Origin: Burkholderiales bacterium
GTDB taxonomy: Bacteria > Pseudomonadota > Gammaproteobacteria > Burkholderiales > Ga0077523
Reading direction: 5' to 3'
Length of the DNA stretch: 64,000 nucleotides
NCBI GenBank assembly: GCA_046347985.1
Contig: JAXMFE010000002.1
Coordinates: 384,009-448,008 of the forward strand
Positions 28,240 through 39,085 of the stretch are shown here, in pieces. A program made the position numbers and the translations under genes. Each line of letters begins with the position of its first letter. Position 1 is the stretch's first letter. The notes under the pieces were generated by a model. It did not search any database. It saw nothing but the letters and a program-made list of their open reading frames with translations, and was not told the DNA's origin.

Positions 28240-29357
28240 TCCTGCGGTGGTTGAGAGCCTGGGCAACGTCGCGACGGGCATTGAGAGTTCTCCTCCTGGT
28301 GGTGATTCCGCTCGTGGGCGTGGCAGTGGGGATCCGCACCTATGCCCTGTCGGGCCGGTTCGTGGAGACCGAGAACGCCTACGTGAAGGCCGACATGGTC
28401 GCCGTGAGCAGCGAGGTGCCGGGTCCCGTCGCCGAGGTGCTGGTCAAGGATCACGAGCACGTGGCCGCCGGCGCCCTGCTCTTTCGCCTGACGCCGGCGC
28501 CCTACGAAGTCGCGGTGTCGAAGGCCCGCGCGCAGATGGAAGTGGTCCGCACCGACGTGCAGTCGTTGCGCGCCGAATACCGCGCGGCCCTGCGCGAGGC
28601 CGAGGAGACCGAGGAACAGATCGCGTTCCTCACCCGGCAGTTCGAGCGGCAGGAGAAGCTGCGCGAAAGCGGCATGAGCCGGGCGGATCAGTACGACGAG
28701 GCGCGCCACAATCTGGAACTCGCGCGGCGCCGGCTGGTGAGCGTGAAGGAGCGCACCAACCGCGTCATCGCCAGCCTCGCCGGCGATCCCGATCTGCCGG
28801 TGGAACGCTTCCCGCGCTACCTCGAAGCGAAAGCCGCACTCGACGCCGCCACCATCGAACTGGGCCGCACCACCGTTCGGGCGCCGGCCGCCGGGACGGT
28901 GAGCAACATGCGCCTGCAGGTGGGCGAGCACATCGACAAGGGCGTGGCGGTCTTCAGCATCATCAGCAGCCAGCCCGCGTGGATCGAGGCCAACTACAAG
29001 GAGACCCAGCTCACGTACATGCGGGTGGGTCAGCGGGCCCGCGTCACCGTGGATGCCTATCCGGAACTCGAATGGCCCGCCGTCGTGTCCTCGATCTCGC
29101 CCGCGACGGGTGCCGAGTTCGCCGTGCTGCCGCCCCAGAATGCCTCGGGCAACTGGGTCAAGGTCGTGCAGCGCGTCCCCGTGCGGATCGACGTGGAGCA
29201 ACCGCCGGGTCAACCGCCCCTGCGTGCCGGCATGACCGTGACCGTCACGGTGGATACCGGTCACAGCAACGGCCTGCCGCGATCCGTTCGCCGCCTGATC
29301 GAGGAAGGCTGGCTTCCCCGCTTCCTGCAGCCGTCCTCCGCGCTCGCCGGCAACTAG
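28236..29357 (+). CDS. emrA: HlyD/EmrA-type membrane fusion protein
   Basis: N-terminal TM helix, ETENAYVKADMVAVSSEVPG, a coiled-coil segment, and VRAPAAGTVSN...NWVKVVQRVPVRI. Confidence 0.85.
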   Translation: MILRWLRAWATSRRALRVLLLVVIPLVGVAVGIRTYALSGRFVETENAYVKADMVAVSSEVPGPVAEVLVKDHEHVAAGALLFRLTPAPYEVAVSKARAQMEVVRTDVQSLRAEYRAALREAEETEEQIAFLTRQFERQEKLRESGMSRADQYDEARHNLELARRRLVSVKERTNRVIASLAGDPDLPVERFPRYLEAKAALDAATIELGRTTVRAPAAGTVSNMRLQVGEHIDKGVAVFSIISSQPAWIEANYKETQLTYMRVGQRARVTVDAYPELEWPAVVSSISPATGAEFAVLPPQNASGNWVKVVQRVPVRIDVEQPPGQPPLRAGMTVTVTVDTGHSNGLPRSVRRLIEEGWLPRFLQPSSALAGN

Positions 29358-29386
29358 GGACGTTCGGACAAGGATCGCCCCCGCCC

Positions 29387-30916
29387 GTGTTTCAGGAGGC
29401 TCCGCGTCACCCGATCCTCGTCACTGCATCGGTGATGCTGGCGTCGCTGCTGTACTCGATCGACTGGACCATCGCGGCCGTCGCGCTGCCGCACATGCAG
29501 GGCACCTTTTCCGCGACGCAGGACCAGATCGGCTGGGTCATCACGTCCTACATCGTCGCTTCCGCCATCTCCATTCCGACGGCGGGCTGGCTCAGCACCC
29601 GGTTCGGCCGAAAGCGCGTCTTCGTGGCGGCACTGTCGGCGTTCACCGTGGCCTCGGTCTTCTGCGGTGCGGCGGAATCGCTCGCGGTGGAAGTGCCGGC
29701 CCGGGTGATCCAGGGCCTCGGCGGCGCGTTCCTGATCCCGTTGTCGCACGCGATCATCCTGGACAACTACCCGCCCGAACAGCACGCGAAGGCGATGGCG
29801 CTGTGGGGACTCGGGTCGGTCACGGGGTCGTTCATCGGCCCGACCCTCGGCGGCTACCTGACCGAATACCTGAGCTGGCACTACGTCTTCTACATCAACG
29901 TGCCGTTCGGTGTGCTCTCGCTGGTCGGCATCGTCCTGTTCGTGCCGGAGACGCGCCGCAATCCGTCGCACCCGCTCGACTGGACGGGATTCCTGACCCT
30001 GGCGCTCGCCATCGGATCGTTCCAGCTCATGCTCGATCGCGGTGGCCAGCTCGACTGGTTCGAATCGCCGGAGATCGTGATCGAAGCCTGCCTCTCGACG
30101 CTCGGCATGTACCTGTTCGTGGCGCACAGCATGACGAGCCGTGCGCCATTCCTCGACGTCAAGCTGATCGTCCAGCGGCACTTCTTCCTGGGCCTGTGCT
30201 TCGTGTTCCTGTACGGACTGCTGACGATCCCGCCGATCGTCCTCATGCCGCCGTTCCTGCAGGACATCCAGGGCTACCCGGTCGACACGATCGGCCTGCT
30301 CCAGGCGCCGCGCGGGCTCGGCATGATCGGCGCGATGATGCTGAGCGGGCGGCTGACCGAACGGCTCGATCCCCGTCTGATGATCGGTGCGGGGCTGCTT
30401 TGCCTCGCCTGGGCGGCCGCCGAGATGTCCACGTGGAATGCGGCGGTCGGCACGTGGCCGCTGGTCTGGACCAATCTGGTGCAAGGTATCGGCGGCGGCA
30501 TCATCATGGTCCCGATCCAGTCCATCGCCTTCCCCGGGGTACCGCCCGAACGCCGCACCGAGGCCGCCGCGGTCTTCAACCTCGTGCGCAGCATCGGCGC
30601 GAGCATCGGCGTGTCGACGGCCCTCGCCTTGTTCGTCCGGCAGAGCGGCGCGACGCGTTCACGGCTCGCGGAGCAGATCACGGACTACAACCAGGCCCTG
30701 CGTCTGGACGGACAGCACGGCGGCTGGAGTCTCCATACGCTGAAGGACATCGCGTCGCTCGATCGCATGGTGGACGTGGAGGCGGCCATGATCTCCTACA
30801 CGATGGATTTCCGGCTGCTTGCCTTCGCGGCCCTCGGCGGCCTCGTGTTCCTGCTGTTCGTCGGTCGGACCCGGCGGCCGGCGGGTGGCGCGATGGAGGC
30901 GACGGAGGCGGCCTGA
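29387..30916 (+). CDS. emrB: DHA2 (EmrB/QacA) family MFS efflux permease
   Basis: Track ORF trimmed to the in-frame GTG at 29387, after the emrA stop. Motifs LDWTIAAVALPHMQG and GWLSTRFGRKR. 14-TM-type length (509 aa). Confidence 0.85.
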   Translation: MFQEAPRHPILVTASVMLASLLYSIDWTIAAVALPHMQGTFSATQDQIGWVITSYIVASAISIPTAGWLSTRFGRKRVFVAALSAFTVASVFCGAAESLAVEVPARVIQGLGGAFLIPLSHAIILDNYPPEQHAKAMALWGLGSVTGSFIGPTLGGYLTEYLSWHYVFYINVPFGVLSLVGIVLFVPETRRNPSHPLDWTGFLTLALAIGSFQLMLDRGGQLDWFESPEIVIEACLSTLGMYLFVAHSMTSRAPFLDVKLIVQRHFFLGLCFVFLYGLLTIPPIVLMPPFLQDIQGYPVDTIGLLQAPRGLGMIGAMMLSGRLTERLDPRLMIGAGLLCLAWAAAEMSTWNAAVGTWPLVWTNLVQGIGGGIIMVPIQSIAFPGVPPERRTEAAAVFNLVRSIGASIGVSTALALFVRQSGATRSRLAEQITDYNQALRLDGQHGGWSLHTLKDIASLDRMVDVEAAMISYTMDFRLLAFAALGGLVFLLFVGRTRRPAGGAMEATEAA

Positions 30917-31046
30917 CAGGTCGGCGTCCGAGCCGTCAGGCCGCACGCGCGTGCCGCGTCCGCGGCGGAAATTCCGCTGAACGCATCGGCGTCGGCGCTG
31001 TCTCGAGGTGATACCCTGCCAGCCTCCTGCCGATCGAGGTCATCCC

Positions 31047-32036
31047 ATGACATTTCCCCCGGGCCGTCGCGTCCTGCCGCTGCTGTTCACCCTCTTGGTC
31101 GCCGTGGCCACCGTCATCGCCGATGACGCCGAAGCCCGCCGTCTCGGTGGCGGCCGCTCCATCGGACGCCAGTCGAGCAACGTCAGCCAGCGCGAAGCCC
31201 CTGCGCCGCAGAACAGCCCGTCCCAGGGCCAATCCGCATCGAATCCGTCGCAGGGCCAGCAAGCCGGCAATGCGCCCCAGCAGCCGCCGCGGAATCGCTG
31301 GCTGGGCCCGGTCGCCGGCTTGGCGGCCGGACTCGGCATTGCCGCGCTGATGTCGCATTTCGGGCTCGGCGGCGCGCTGGGCGAGATGATGGGGTCGTTC
31401 CTGCTCGTGGCCGTGCTCGTGATCGCCGGGATCTTCACCGTGCGGATGCTGAAGGGCGCCCGCGGGCCCTCGGGGACGCAGCCAGCGTATGCCGGCGGCT
31501 CGCCGCGCCCCCCGGTCGACGCCACGGTGACGCCCCTGCGCCGCGAAACCGCGGCGCCGGTGTTCGACGGACGCACCGCGTCCGGACCAGTCAGCGTGAC
31601 GGGCGAACCGCTCGCGCCGCTGCGGTCGGACGTTCCCGCCGGCGCGGCGACATGGACCATTCCCGCCGGATTCGACGTGGACGGCTTCGTCCGCAGTGCA
31701 AAGGTGTATTTCGTCCGGCTGCAAGCCGCGTGGGACGCGGGTGACCTGGCCGACATCCGCGAATTCACGACACCGGAAATGTTTGCCGAGATCAGGCTGG
31801 ATCTCGCCGACCGCGGGACCGCCCGCAATCAGACCGACGTGATCCACGTGGACGCACAGTTGCTGGGCCTCGAGGATCAAGGCACCCAGACCCTCGCCAG
31901 TGTCCGGTTCACCGGGACGCTCAAGGAAGATCCGGCTGCCGACGCCGCGCCCTTCCGCGAAGTCTGGAACCTCGTGAAGCCGGCTCGCGGACGGGATGGC
32001 TGGCTCCTCGCCGGCATCCAGCAGGAACCGGCTTGA
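31047..32036 (+). CDS. Tim44-like domain membrane protein
   Basis: ATG at 31047 follows GAGG. It has a signal/anchor, a Gln/Ser/Pro-rich segment, a Gly-rich TM pair and a C-terminal Tim44-like domain (FDVDGFVRSAKVYFVRLQAAWD...WLLAGIQQ). Confidence 0.8.
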   Translation: MTFPPGRRVLPLLFTLLVAVATVIADDAEARRLGGGRSIGRQSSNVSQREAPAPQNSPSQGQSASNPSQGQQAGNAPQQPPRNRWLGPVAGLAAGLGIAALMSHFGLGGALGEMMGSFLLVAVLVIAGIFTVRMLKGARGPSGTQPAYAGGSPRPPVDATVTPLRRETAAPVFDGRTASGPVSVTGEPLAPLRSDVPAGAATWTIPAGFDVDGFVRSAKVYFVRLQAAWDAGDLADIREFTTPEMFAEIRLDLADRGTARNQTDVIHVDAQLLGLEDQGTQTLASVRFTGTLKEDPAADAAPFREVWNLVKPARGRDGWLLAGIQQEPA

Positions 32037-32084
32037 CGTCGACCGGGCGGCCCGGCCGCCTGGAGCACCGACCACGCTGAAATC

Positions 32085-32116
32085 GCGACAAGGGCGCCCT
32101 GTGGCGCCCTTGTCGC
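32085..32116 (+). terminator. perfect 14-bp-stem hairpin downstream of the Tim44-like gene (no U-tract)
   Basis: GCGACAAGGGCGCC-ctgt-GGCGCCCTTGTCGC, 49 nt after the stop at 32036. Confidence 0.4.
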
Positions 32117-32446
32117 ATCCGAGGCCGCCGCGCCGCATGAACACAGTGCCCGGGCGTCGCCGCTGCGCCCTTCGCCACCCGCGTTCCTGTCGACGAGACC
32201 CGCCTGGATCTCGTCGCCTTCCGGGGTCGGACGGGCGGACCGGGATCGACCTCGGATCGTCCGGATCGGACGCGGCGTGCCTCCATCGACCGCGTTCGAC
32301 CCCGCCACACCGCCCCCTTGTCCGAGGCAACGACTCGCGTCCCGCGCCGGCGACCGGCGGACATTCCGGAATGCCCGTGCGCGCGGTATCGTCTCGCCCC
32401 GACCGACCGATTCGCGATCGGTGACGCCTTCGACCCCCGGTCTCCC

Positions 32447-33511
32447 ATGCCCCTGATCTCACTGCGACAACTGCTCGACCACGCCGCCGAACACGGTTAC
32501 GGCCTGCCCGCCTTCAATGTGAACAACATGGAGCAGATCCACGCCATCCTCCAGGCCGCGAACGAGTGCGACAGCCCCGTCATCCTGCAGGCATCGGCCG
32601 GCGCCCGTAAGTACGCGGGAGAGCCCTTCCTGCGCAAGCTGGTCGAGGCCGCGGTCGAGACCTATCCGCATCTGCCGATCTGCATGCACCAGGACCACGG
32701 CGGCTCGCCTGCCGTCTGCCAGCAATCGATCCGCAGCGGTTTCTCGAGCGTCATGATGGATGGGTCGCTGCGGGAGGACATGAAGACCCCGGCCCCCTAC
32801 GATTACAACGTCGACGTCACGCGCCGCGTCGTGGACATGGCGCACGCCGTGGGCGTGTCGGTGGAAGGTGAACTCGGTTGCCTCGGTTCATTGGAAACCG
32901 GCACCGCCGGCGAAGAGGACGGCGTCGGCGCGGCCGGCACCTTGAACCATTCGCAATTGCTGACCGACCCCGATCAAGCGGCCGACTTCGTGGCGCAGAC
33001 CGGCGTCGATGCGCTCGCCATCGCGATCGGCACCAGTCACGGTGCCTACAAGTTCTCGCGCAAGCCGACCGGCGACATCCTCGCGATCGATCGCGTGAAG
33101 GCGATCCACGCGCGCATCCCCGACACCCACCTGGTGATGCACGGGTCGTCGTCCGTACCGCAGGAATGGCTGGACGTGATCCGCCGTTTCGGCGGACGCA
33201 TCAAGGAAACCTACGGCGTCCCGATCGAGGAGATCCAGGAAGGCATACGCCACGGCGTGCGCAAGGTGAACATCGACACCGACATCCGGCTCGCGATGAC
33301 GGGCGCCATGCGCCGATCGATGGCGGAGCATCCGGAAGAATTCGATCCGCGCGCGTTCCTGAAGGCGGCCACCGCCGCGGCCCGCGCCATCTGCAAGGCG
33401 CGGTTCGAGGCGTTCGGTTCAGCCGGACGGGCGGCGCAGATCCGCACGATTCCACTCGAGCGGATGGCGCAGCGTTATGTGTCGGGGGAACTGCGCGCGA
33501 CGGTGCGCTGA
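32447..33511 (+). CDS. fba: class II fructose-bisphosphate aldolase (CbbA/Calvin-cycle subtype)
   Basis: Trimmed to [27 protein letters not shown]. Motifs [19 protein letters not shown] and VMHGSSSVP. 354 aa. Confidence 0.92.
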   Translation: MPLISLRQLLDHAAEHGYGLPAFNVNNMEQIHAILQAANECDSPVILQASAGARKYAGEPFLRKLVEAAVETYPHLPICMHQDHGGSPAVCQQSIRSGFSSVMMDGSLREDMKTPAPYDYNVDVTRRVVDMAHAVGVSVEGELGCLGSLETGTAGEEDGVGAAGTLNHSQLLTDPDQAADFVAQTGVDALAIAIGTSHGAYKFSRKPTGDILAIDRVKAIHARIPDTHLVMHGSSSVPQEWLDVIRRFGGRIKETYGVPIEEIQEGIRHGVRKVNIDTDIRLAMTGAMRRSMAEHPEEFDPRAFLKAATAAARAICKARFEAFGSAGRAAQIRTIPLERMAQRYVSGELRATVR

Positions 33512-33534
33512 CCGCGTGCGCGATTCCGCACGAC

Positions 33535-35157
33535 TCAGGAGGCGTTCCCCTCGTACCAGCTGCGATAGGTGTCCCGCAACCGGGTCTTCAGGAACTTGCC
33601 CGTGGAAGTGCGGGGAATCGCGTCCACGAACGCGAAGGCGTCCGGCACCGCCCACTTCGCGAACCTGCCCGACAGGTAGTCGCGCAGCGCATCGGCGTTC
33701 AGCGTTCTGTCCTTCTTCGCCACGACGACGGCGAGCGGGCGCTCCGCCCACTTCGGATGCGGTACGGCGATGACGGCGGCTTCCGCGACGTCGGGGTGGC
33801 CCATGATCGCGTTCTCGAGATCGACCGAACTGATCCACTCGCCGCCGGACTTGATGAGGTCCTTCGTGCGGTCCGTGATCTTCACGTAGCCGAGCGCCGT
33901 CATCGACGCCACGTCACCGGTGCGCAGCCATCCGTCCGGGGCGAAGCTGTCCGTCGATTGCGGCAGGTCGTGATAGCTGCCCGTGATCCACGGGCCATGG
34001 ACCTGGATCTCGCCGACCGACTTGCCGTCCCAGGGCTGCTCACCCTCGTCGCCGATCAGGCGGATGTCCACGAGCGGCATCGGATAGCCCTGCAGTGCCA
34101 GCGTCGCGAAGCGTTCGTCCTCGGTCAGATCCCCCTGCAGCTGGTTGATCTTCGAGACCGTGGCGAGCGGCGAGGTCTCGGTCATGCCCCATCCCTGCAT
34201 GATCGTGATGCCGTGCCGCGCCATGCCGCGGATCAGCGATTCGGGCACGGCGGACCCGCCGACCGTGAGCCGCAGCCCGGCCGGAAGCCGGAACTTTCCC
34301 GGGTTCGCGTCCAGGATCTGCACCATGCCGAGCCAGATGGTCGGCACACCGCAGGAGACGGTGACGTGCTCGCTCTCGAACAGCGGGAGCAGATCGTCCG
34401 GATGCAGATGCGGGCCAGGGAACACCATCTTCGTGCCGATCATGGCGGCGGCATACGGCAGGCCCCAGGCATTGGCGTGGAACATGGGCACCACCGGCAG
34501 GACCACGTCGCGACCGGAGAGGTTCACGGCGTCCGGAATGCAGAAGGCGAGCGAGTGCAGGACCTGGGAGCGATGCGAATACACGACCCCCTTGGGTCGT
34601 CCGGTCGTCCCCGACGTGTAGCACATCGCGATCGGGTCGTCCTCGTGCATCTCGGGGTAGTCCCAGTCGCCGCTCGCCGAGGCGAGGAACTCCTCGTAGT
34701 CCACGTAGGGCGCAGGCACGGGCTTGCCGGTCAATGGAACCACGACGACCTTCTCGATCTTCGTGTGCGCCTTGAACTGCTCGTACAAGGGCAAGAGGAT
34801 GTCGTCGACGATGAGGATGCGGTCCTCGGCATGATGGGCGATGTAGCCGATCTCCTCGGGCGACAGCCGCAGGTTCAGCGTGTGGAGCACGGCGCCGGCC
34901 GCAATGATTCCGAAGTAGCTCTCGTAGTGGGCGTAGTGGTTCCACATCAGGGTGGCGACCCGGTCGCCCTTGCCGATCCCGGCCGCCTGGAGCGCCTCGG
35001 CGAGAAGCCGCGAACGGCGGTAGAACTCGGCGTAGGTGGTCCGATGCAGCGACTTGTCCGGCATGCGCGAGACGATCTCGACGCCCCCGAACAGCTTGCC
35101 GGCCCGCTCCAGGAAATGGGTCATGTTGAGCTCGACCCGCATCATCGTGGACTGCAT
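33535..35157 (-). CDS. AMP-dependent acyl-CoA synthetase/ligase
   Basis: ATG at 35157 follows AGGAGGAGG. AMP-binding motifs [27 protein letters not shown] and SGGEWISS. Confidence 0.85.
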   Translation of the reverse strand: MQSTMMRVELNMTHFLERAGKLFGGVEIVSRMPDKSLHRTTYAEFYRRSRLLAEALQAAGIGKGDRVATLMWNHYAHYESYFGIIAAGAVLHTLNLRLSPEEIGYIAHHAEDRILIVDDILLPLYEQFKAHTKIEKVVVVPLTGKPVPAPYVDYEEFLASASGDWDYPEMHEDDPIAMCYTSGTTGRPKGVVYSHRSQVLHSLAFCIPDAVNLSGRDVVLPVVPMFHANAWGLPYAAAMIGTKMVFPGPHLHPDDLLPLFESEHVTVSCGVPTIWLGMVQILDANPGKFRLPAGLRLTVGGSAVPESLIRGMARHGITIMQGWGMTETSPLATVSKINQLQGDLTEDERFATLALQGYPMPLVDIRLIGDEGEQPWDGKSVGEIQVHGPWITGSYHDLPQSTDSFAPDGWLRTGDVASMTALGYVKITDRTKDLIKSGGEWISSVDLENAIMGHPDVAEAAVIAVPHPKWAERPLAVVVAKKDRTLNADALRDYLSGRFAKWAVPDAFAFVDAIPRTSTGKFLKTRLRDTYRSWYEGNAS

Positions 35158-35235
35158 TTCGACTCCTCCTCCTGCGCCCCTTGCACCTTCGAGGCTGTAT
35201 GGCATTGAAGCGGCGGGCACCGTGGCCCGCCGTCG

Positions 35236-36216
35236 TCACGCGCCGGTGACCAGCACCGCCTTGCCGCTCACGCGCTTGTTCAACATGTCGTTCAGTGCAT
35301 CCGCCGCCCGTTCCAGCGGATAGGTCGCGTGGATGTGCGGCTTCACCCTGCCCTGGACGAACAGGTCGAGCAGTTCCAGGTTGTTCTGCCGGTTGCGTTC
35401 CGGTTCGTTGCGCGTGAAGGCCCCCCAGAACACGCCGACGATCGCGCAACCCTTCAGCAGGGCGAGATTCAGCGGGATCTTCGGAATGTCGCCGGCCGCG
35501 AAACCGACCACGAGGAAGCGCCCGTTCCAGGCCATGTCGCGGATGGCGAGTTCGGAGAACGGTCCGCCCACCGGGTCGTAGACGACATCGATGCCCTTGC
35601 CGGCCGTGAGCTGCTTCACGCGGGCGCGCAGGTCCTCGGTGGCGTAGTTGATGACTTCGTCCGCGCCGTTCTCGCGGCAGATGCGCAGCTTCTCGTCGCT
35701 GGACGCCGCCGCGATCACGCGCGCGCCCATCGCCTTGCCGATCTGCACCGCGGAGAGCCCCACGCCGCCCGACGCGCCGAGCACGAGCAGTGTCTCGCCG
35801 GACCGGAGGTTCGCGCGGTCCTTGAGGGCGTGATAGGAAGTGCCGTACGTGAGGACGAAGGCCGACGCCGGGACGAAGTCCATGCTGTCGGGCATCGGGA
35901 TCAGGCGGTCGGCCTCGGCGATCATCTCCTGCGCGTATCCGCCCCACGTTGCGGCCGCGATGACGCGGTCGCCGGGCTTGCAGGAGGTCACGCCGTCGCC
36001 GACGGCCTTGACGACACCGGCCGCCTCGCCGCCCGGCGAGAACGGCGGCTCGGGCTTGAACTGGTACTTGCCCTGGATGATGAGCGTGTCGGGGAAATTC
36101 ACCCCCGCCGCCTTCACCGTGACCAGCACCTGGCCGGGGCCCGGCACGGGCGAAGGCACGTCTTCGACCACGAGATCCTCGGGGCCACCCAGCTTCTTGC
36201 ACAGTACGGCTTTCAT
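35236..36216 (-). CDS. NADPH:quinone oxidoreductase (MDR superfamily)
   Basis: Trimmed to MKAVLCKKLGGPEDLV. Motifs GVNFPD and LVLGASGGVGLSAVQIGKAMGARV. Confidence 0.85.
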   Translation of the reverse strand: MKAVLCKKLGGPEDLVVEDVPSPVPGPGQVLVTVKAAGVNFPDTLIIQGKYQFKPEPPFSPGGEAAGVVKAVGDGVTSCKPGDRVIAAATWGGYAQEMIAEADRLIPMPDSMDFVPASAFVLTYGTSYHALKDRANLRSGETLLVLGASGGVGLSAVQIGKAMGARVIAAASSDEKLRICRENGADEVINYATEDLRARVKQLTAGKGIDVVYDPVGGPFSELAIRDMAWNGRFLVVGFAAGDIPKIPLNLALLKGCAIVGVFWGAFTRNEPERNRQNNLELLDLFVQGRVKPHIHATYPLERAADALNDMLNKRVSGKAVLVTGA

Positions 36217-36308
36217 CGATGCTCCGACGTCATGTCCGGGAGGGCGCGGGCGCTTCCGGGGATGGAGGTTCACTCGGGCGCCGCGCGTCGGCAGCGCCCG
36301 TCCAGGGA

Positions 36309-37370
36309 TCAGGCCCGACCGAGGATCTTCTCGACCTGCCGCCAGCCGGCTTCCGCCATGGGGCGGGCGCGCTTGCCCGATTCGATGGCGTGCTGGCTGG
36401 ACGCCGTCCCTTCGACGACGCGTCCCATGATCCCCTGGAGGATGCCGGCCAGCCGGAACATGTTGTAGGCGAGATAGAAGTCCCAGTCCGGAATCCGCGC
36501 GCGCTTGGTGCGCCGGCAGTACATCTCGACGTATTCCGATTCGGCGGGGATGCCGAGCCCGGCGAAATCGAACCCCGACATGCCGCGGAATTCGGTCGGT
36601 GTCAGCCGCCACGTCATGCAGTGGTAGGCGAAGTCCGCGATCGGATGCCCGAGCGTGGAGAGCTCCCAGTCGAGCACCGCCAGGATGCGCGGCTCGGTCG
36701 GATGGAAGATCACGTTGTCGAGACGGTAGTCGCCATGCACGAGCGTGGTCTCGTCACCCGCGGGAATGTTGTCGGGCAGCCAGGCGATCAGGTTCTCCAT
36801 CGCCTCGATGCGTTCGGTTTCGGAGGCCCGGTACTGCTTGGTCCAGCGCGCGATCTGCCGCTGCAGGTAGTTGCCCGGCTTGCCGTAGTCACCCAGGCCC
36901 CGGGCCGTGTAGTCCACCGAGTGCAGCGCGGCGATCACCCGATTCATCTCATCGAAGATCGCCCGCCGACCGGCAGGTGTCTCGCCGGGCAGCGACGGAT
37001 CCCACAGGACGCGGCCCTCGACGAAATCCATCACGTAGAAGGCCGTCCCGATGATGGACTCGTCCTCGCACAGGACGTACTGCTTGGCCACCGGGACATC
37101 GGTCCCGTGCAGAGCACTCAAGACGCGGTACTCGCGGTCCACCGCGTGCGCGGAAGGGAGCAGCTTGCCGGGTGGCTTGCGGCGCAGGACGTAGCGGCCC
37201 TCGCCGGCCCGCAGCAGGAAGGTCGGGTTGGACTGCCCGCCCTTGAACTGCTCGACGCCGAGGGCGCCCGAGAATCCGGCCACGTGGTCGCGCAGGTAGC
37301 GCTCCAGGGCCGCCGTGTCGAACCGGTGCCTCTCCTGCACCGGCATGGTCCCGCTGAAATCTTCGCTCAT
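36309..37370 (-). CDS. phosphotransferase-family protein (APH/ChoK-like kinase fold)
   Basis: Motifs FKGGQSNPTFLL and LVHGDYRLDNVIF...VLDWELSTLGHP. Confidence 0.8.
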   Translation of the reverse strand: MSEDFSGTMPVQERHRFDTAALERYLRDHVAGFSGALGVEQFKGGQSNPTFLLRAGEGRYVLRRKPPGKLLPSAHAVDREYRVLSALHGTDVPVAKQYVLCEDESIIGTAFYVMDFVEGRVLWDPSLPGETPAGRRAIFDEMNRVIAALHSVDYTARGLGDYGKPGNYLQRQIARWTKQYRASETERIEAMENLIAWLPDNIPAGDETTLVHGDYRLDNVIFHPTEPRILAVLDWELSTLGHPIADFAYHCMTWRLTPTEFRGMSGFDFAGLGIPAESEYVEMYCRRTKRARIPDWDFYLAYNMFRLAGILQGIMGRVVEGTASSQHAIESGKRARPMAEAGWRQVEKILGRA

Positions 37371-37489
37371 GGCTGCTGGCTGAATGGGAGACGGCGAGGA
37401 TACACCCCGCGGAAATCACCCGGGAGGGGCTCGCATCCCCGGGACGAGGCGCGCTGCTAGACTCCGGCCACTCTCACGGGGGAACGCAC

Positions 37490-38344
37490 ATGAAGGCATT
37501 CAGCGGGAAGGTCGCCGTCATCACCGGCGGCGGCAGCGGGCTCGGCCTGGCCATGGCCCGGCGATTCGCGCAGGAAGGCATGAAGCTCGTGCTGGCGGAC
37601 GTCCAGCCCGACGCGCTGGACACGGCGGTGAAGTCCTTCGAGTCCGGGAACGTACCCGTGCTCGGGTTCCGGTGCGACGTCGCCGATCCGGCGTCCGTCG
37701 ACGCGCTCGCCGAGGCCGCGTATGCGCGCTTCGGTGCCGTGAACGTCCTGTGCAACAACGCCGGCGTCGCCCCGGGCGGACTCGTGTGGGAAAGTACGCT
37801 GGAGGACTGGAAGTGGTGCCTGGGCGTCAACGTCCACGGCGTGATCCACGGACTGCGTTCGTTCATCCCGCGCATGCTCGCCGGCGGGCAGGAAGGACAC
37901 ATCGTGAACACGGCATCGGTGGCGGGCCTGCTGTCGCCGCCCGGGATGGGGATCTACTGCGTGTCGAAGCACGCGGTCGTCACGATGACGGAGTGCCTGC
38001 ACCACGACCTCGCGACGAAGACCGACCGGGTCCATGCGTCGGTGCTCTGCCCGGCCTATGTCCCGACCGGCATCTCCGATTCCGAGCGCAACCGCCCGGC
38101 CGAACTCCGCAATGCGCCGCGCGCGATGTCCGCGGACGACCTGGCCCGCGAGGAGGCGCTCAAGCACGCGGTGAAGTCGGGCCGGATCACGGCGGACGAC
38201 GTGGCCGACCGGGTGTTCGCCGCGATCCGGGACGAGCAGTTCTACATCCTCACGCACCCGAAGATCAAAGGGGCCATCGAGACCCGGATGCAGGACATCC
38301 TGCTCGAGCGTTCTCCCACCGACACGTCGAAGCCGCGCAAGTAG
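37490..38344 (+). CDS. short-chain dehydrogenase/reductase (SDR)
   Basis: TGGGSGLG cofactor motif, NNAG, and the YCVSK active site. Confidence 0.85.
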   Translation: MKAFSGKVAVITGGGSGLGLAMARRFAQEGMKLVLADVQPDALDTAVKSFESGNVPVLGFRCDVADPASVDALAEAAYARFGAVNVLCNNAGVAPGGLVWESTLEDWKWCLGVNVHGVIHGLRSFIPRMLAGGQEGHIVNTASVAGLLSPPGMGIYCVSKHAVVTMTECLHHDLATKTDRVHASVLCPAYVPTGISDSERNRPAELRNAPRAMSADDLAREEALKHAVKSGRITADDVADRVFAAIRDEQFYILTHPKIKGAIETRMQDILLERSPTDTSKPRK

Positions 38345-38349
38345 CGGCG

Positions 38350-39012
38350 CTATCGCCGCAATCGCCCGGATCCGATACGGGTCCGGGCATGGCGGCGATG
38401 CCGCGATGCGCCCCAGAGCAGCAGCCCGAGACCGACGGCCACCAGCAGATAGGTGCGGGGCTCCGGCACCGGCGCCGCCGCCACGACGTCGATGTTGTCG
38501 AACTGGTGGGCCAGCACGCCGTCCTGCTCCCAGGACAGCGACGCGAGCGTCGAGAAGCCGCTCCCGAACGTGATCGACGATGGCGGCGACAGCGAAGGGC
38601 CGAACGAAAACGTCGCGGTCACCTCCGAGTCGTCGACGCGACGACCGACGAACGTGATCTGTCCTTCGAGATCCGGGGCGAGCGGCCCGACGTCGATCCG
38701 ATTCGCCGTGAACGGATCGCCCGAGATGGTCCGCAGCGTGGTGACGAATCCCGGATAGGCGTTGAACACCGCGGTGGACCCGTTGAAGTTCTCCGACGCG
38801 CTGCCCCACACGCCGAAGGCCTGGTCGGCGAACACCGGATCGATGTTGCTGGTGAGCCGGAATCCATCCTCCTCGAGGATTCCGACGGTGCTCGCATCGG
38901 CATCCGCATGGGCCAGCGCCTCGAAATCGAGGATCACGGCCACGGCCGGCCGCGCAGCCAGCATCGTGAACATCAGCACTGCGGCACCGCGCCGCCACGA
39001 GTGACACGTCAT
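38350..39012 (-). CDS. PEP-CTERM sorting-domain protein (second copy in the window, not a paralog of the first)
   Basis: Trimmed to the ATG at 39012 (MTCHSWRRGAAVLMFTMLAARPAVA). C-terminus FDNIDVVAAAPVPEPRTYLLVAVGLGLLLWGASRHRR. Confidence 0.8.
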   Translation of the reverse strand: MTCHSWRRGAAVLMFTMLAARPAVAVILDFEALAHADADASTVGILEEDGFRLTSNIDPVFADQAFGVWGSASENFNGSTAVFNAYPGFVTTLRTISGDPFTANRIDVGPLAPDLEGQITFVGRRVDDSEVTATFSFGPSLSPPSSITFGSGFSTLASLSWEQDGVLAHQFDNIDVVAAAPVPEPRTYLLVAVGLGLLLWGASRHRRHARTRIGSGRLRR

Positions 39013-39085
39013 CGCGGTCTGTCTCCTTGGATTGAGGGGGTCTCCTCCCCGCACCGGGGTCCCGGGGGAAAGTGTCATTGCGCCA

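Noticed and set aside
28151-30916. 921-aa ORF suggesting a giant fusion. Similar composites occur at 4783..6681, 22784..24682, 35236..36612, 48545..50323 and 58341..59336.
   Set aside because: In each case only the C-terminal part is protein-like. The N-terminal part runs out of frame through the neighbouring gene. I trimmed each to an internal start with SD or signal-peptide support.
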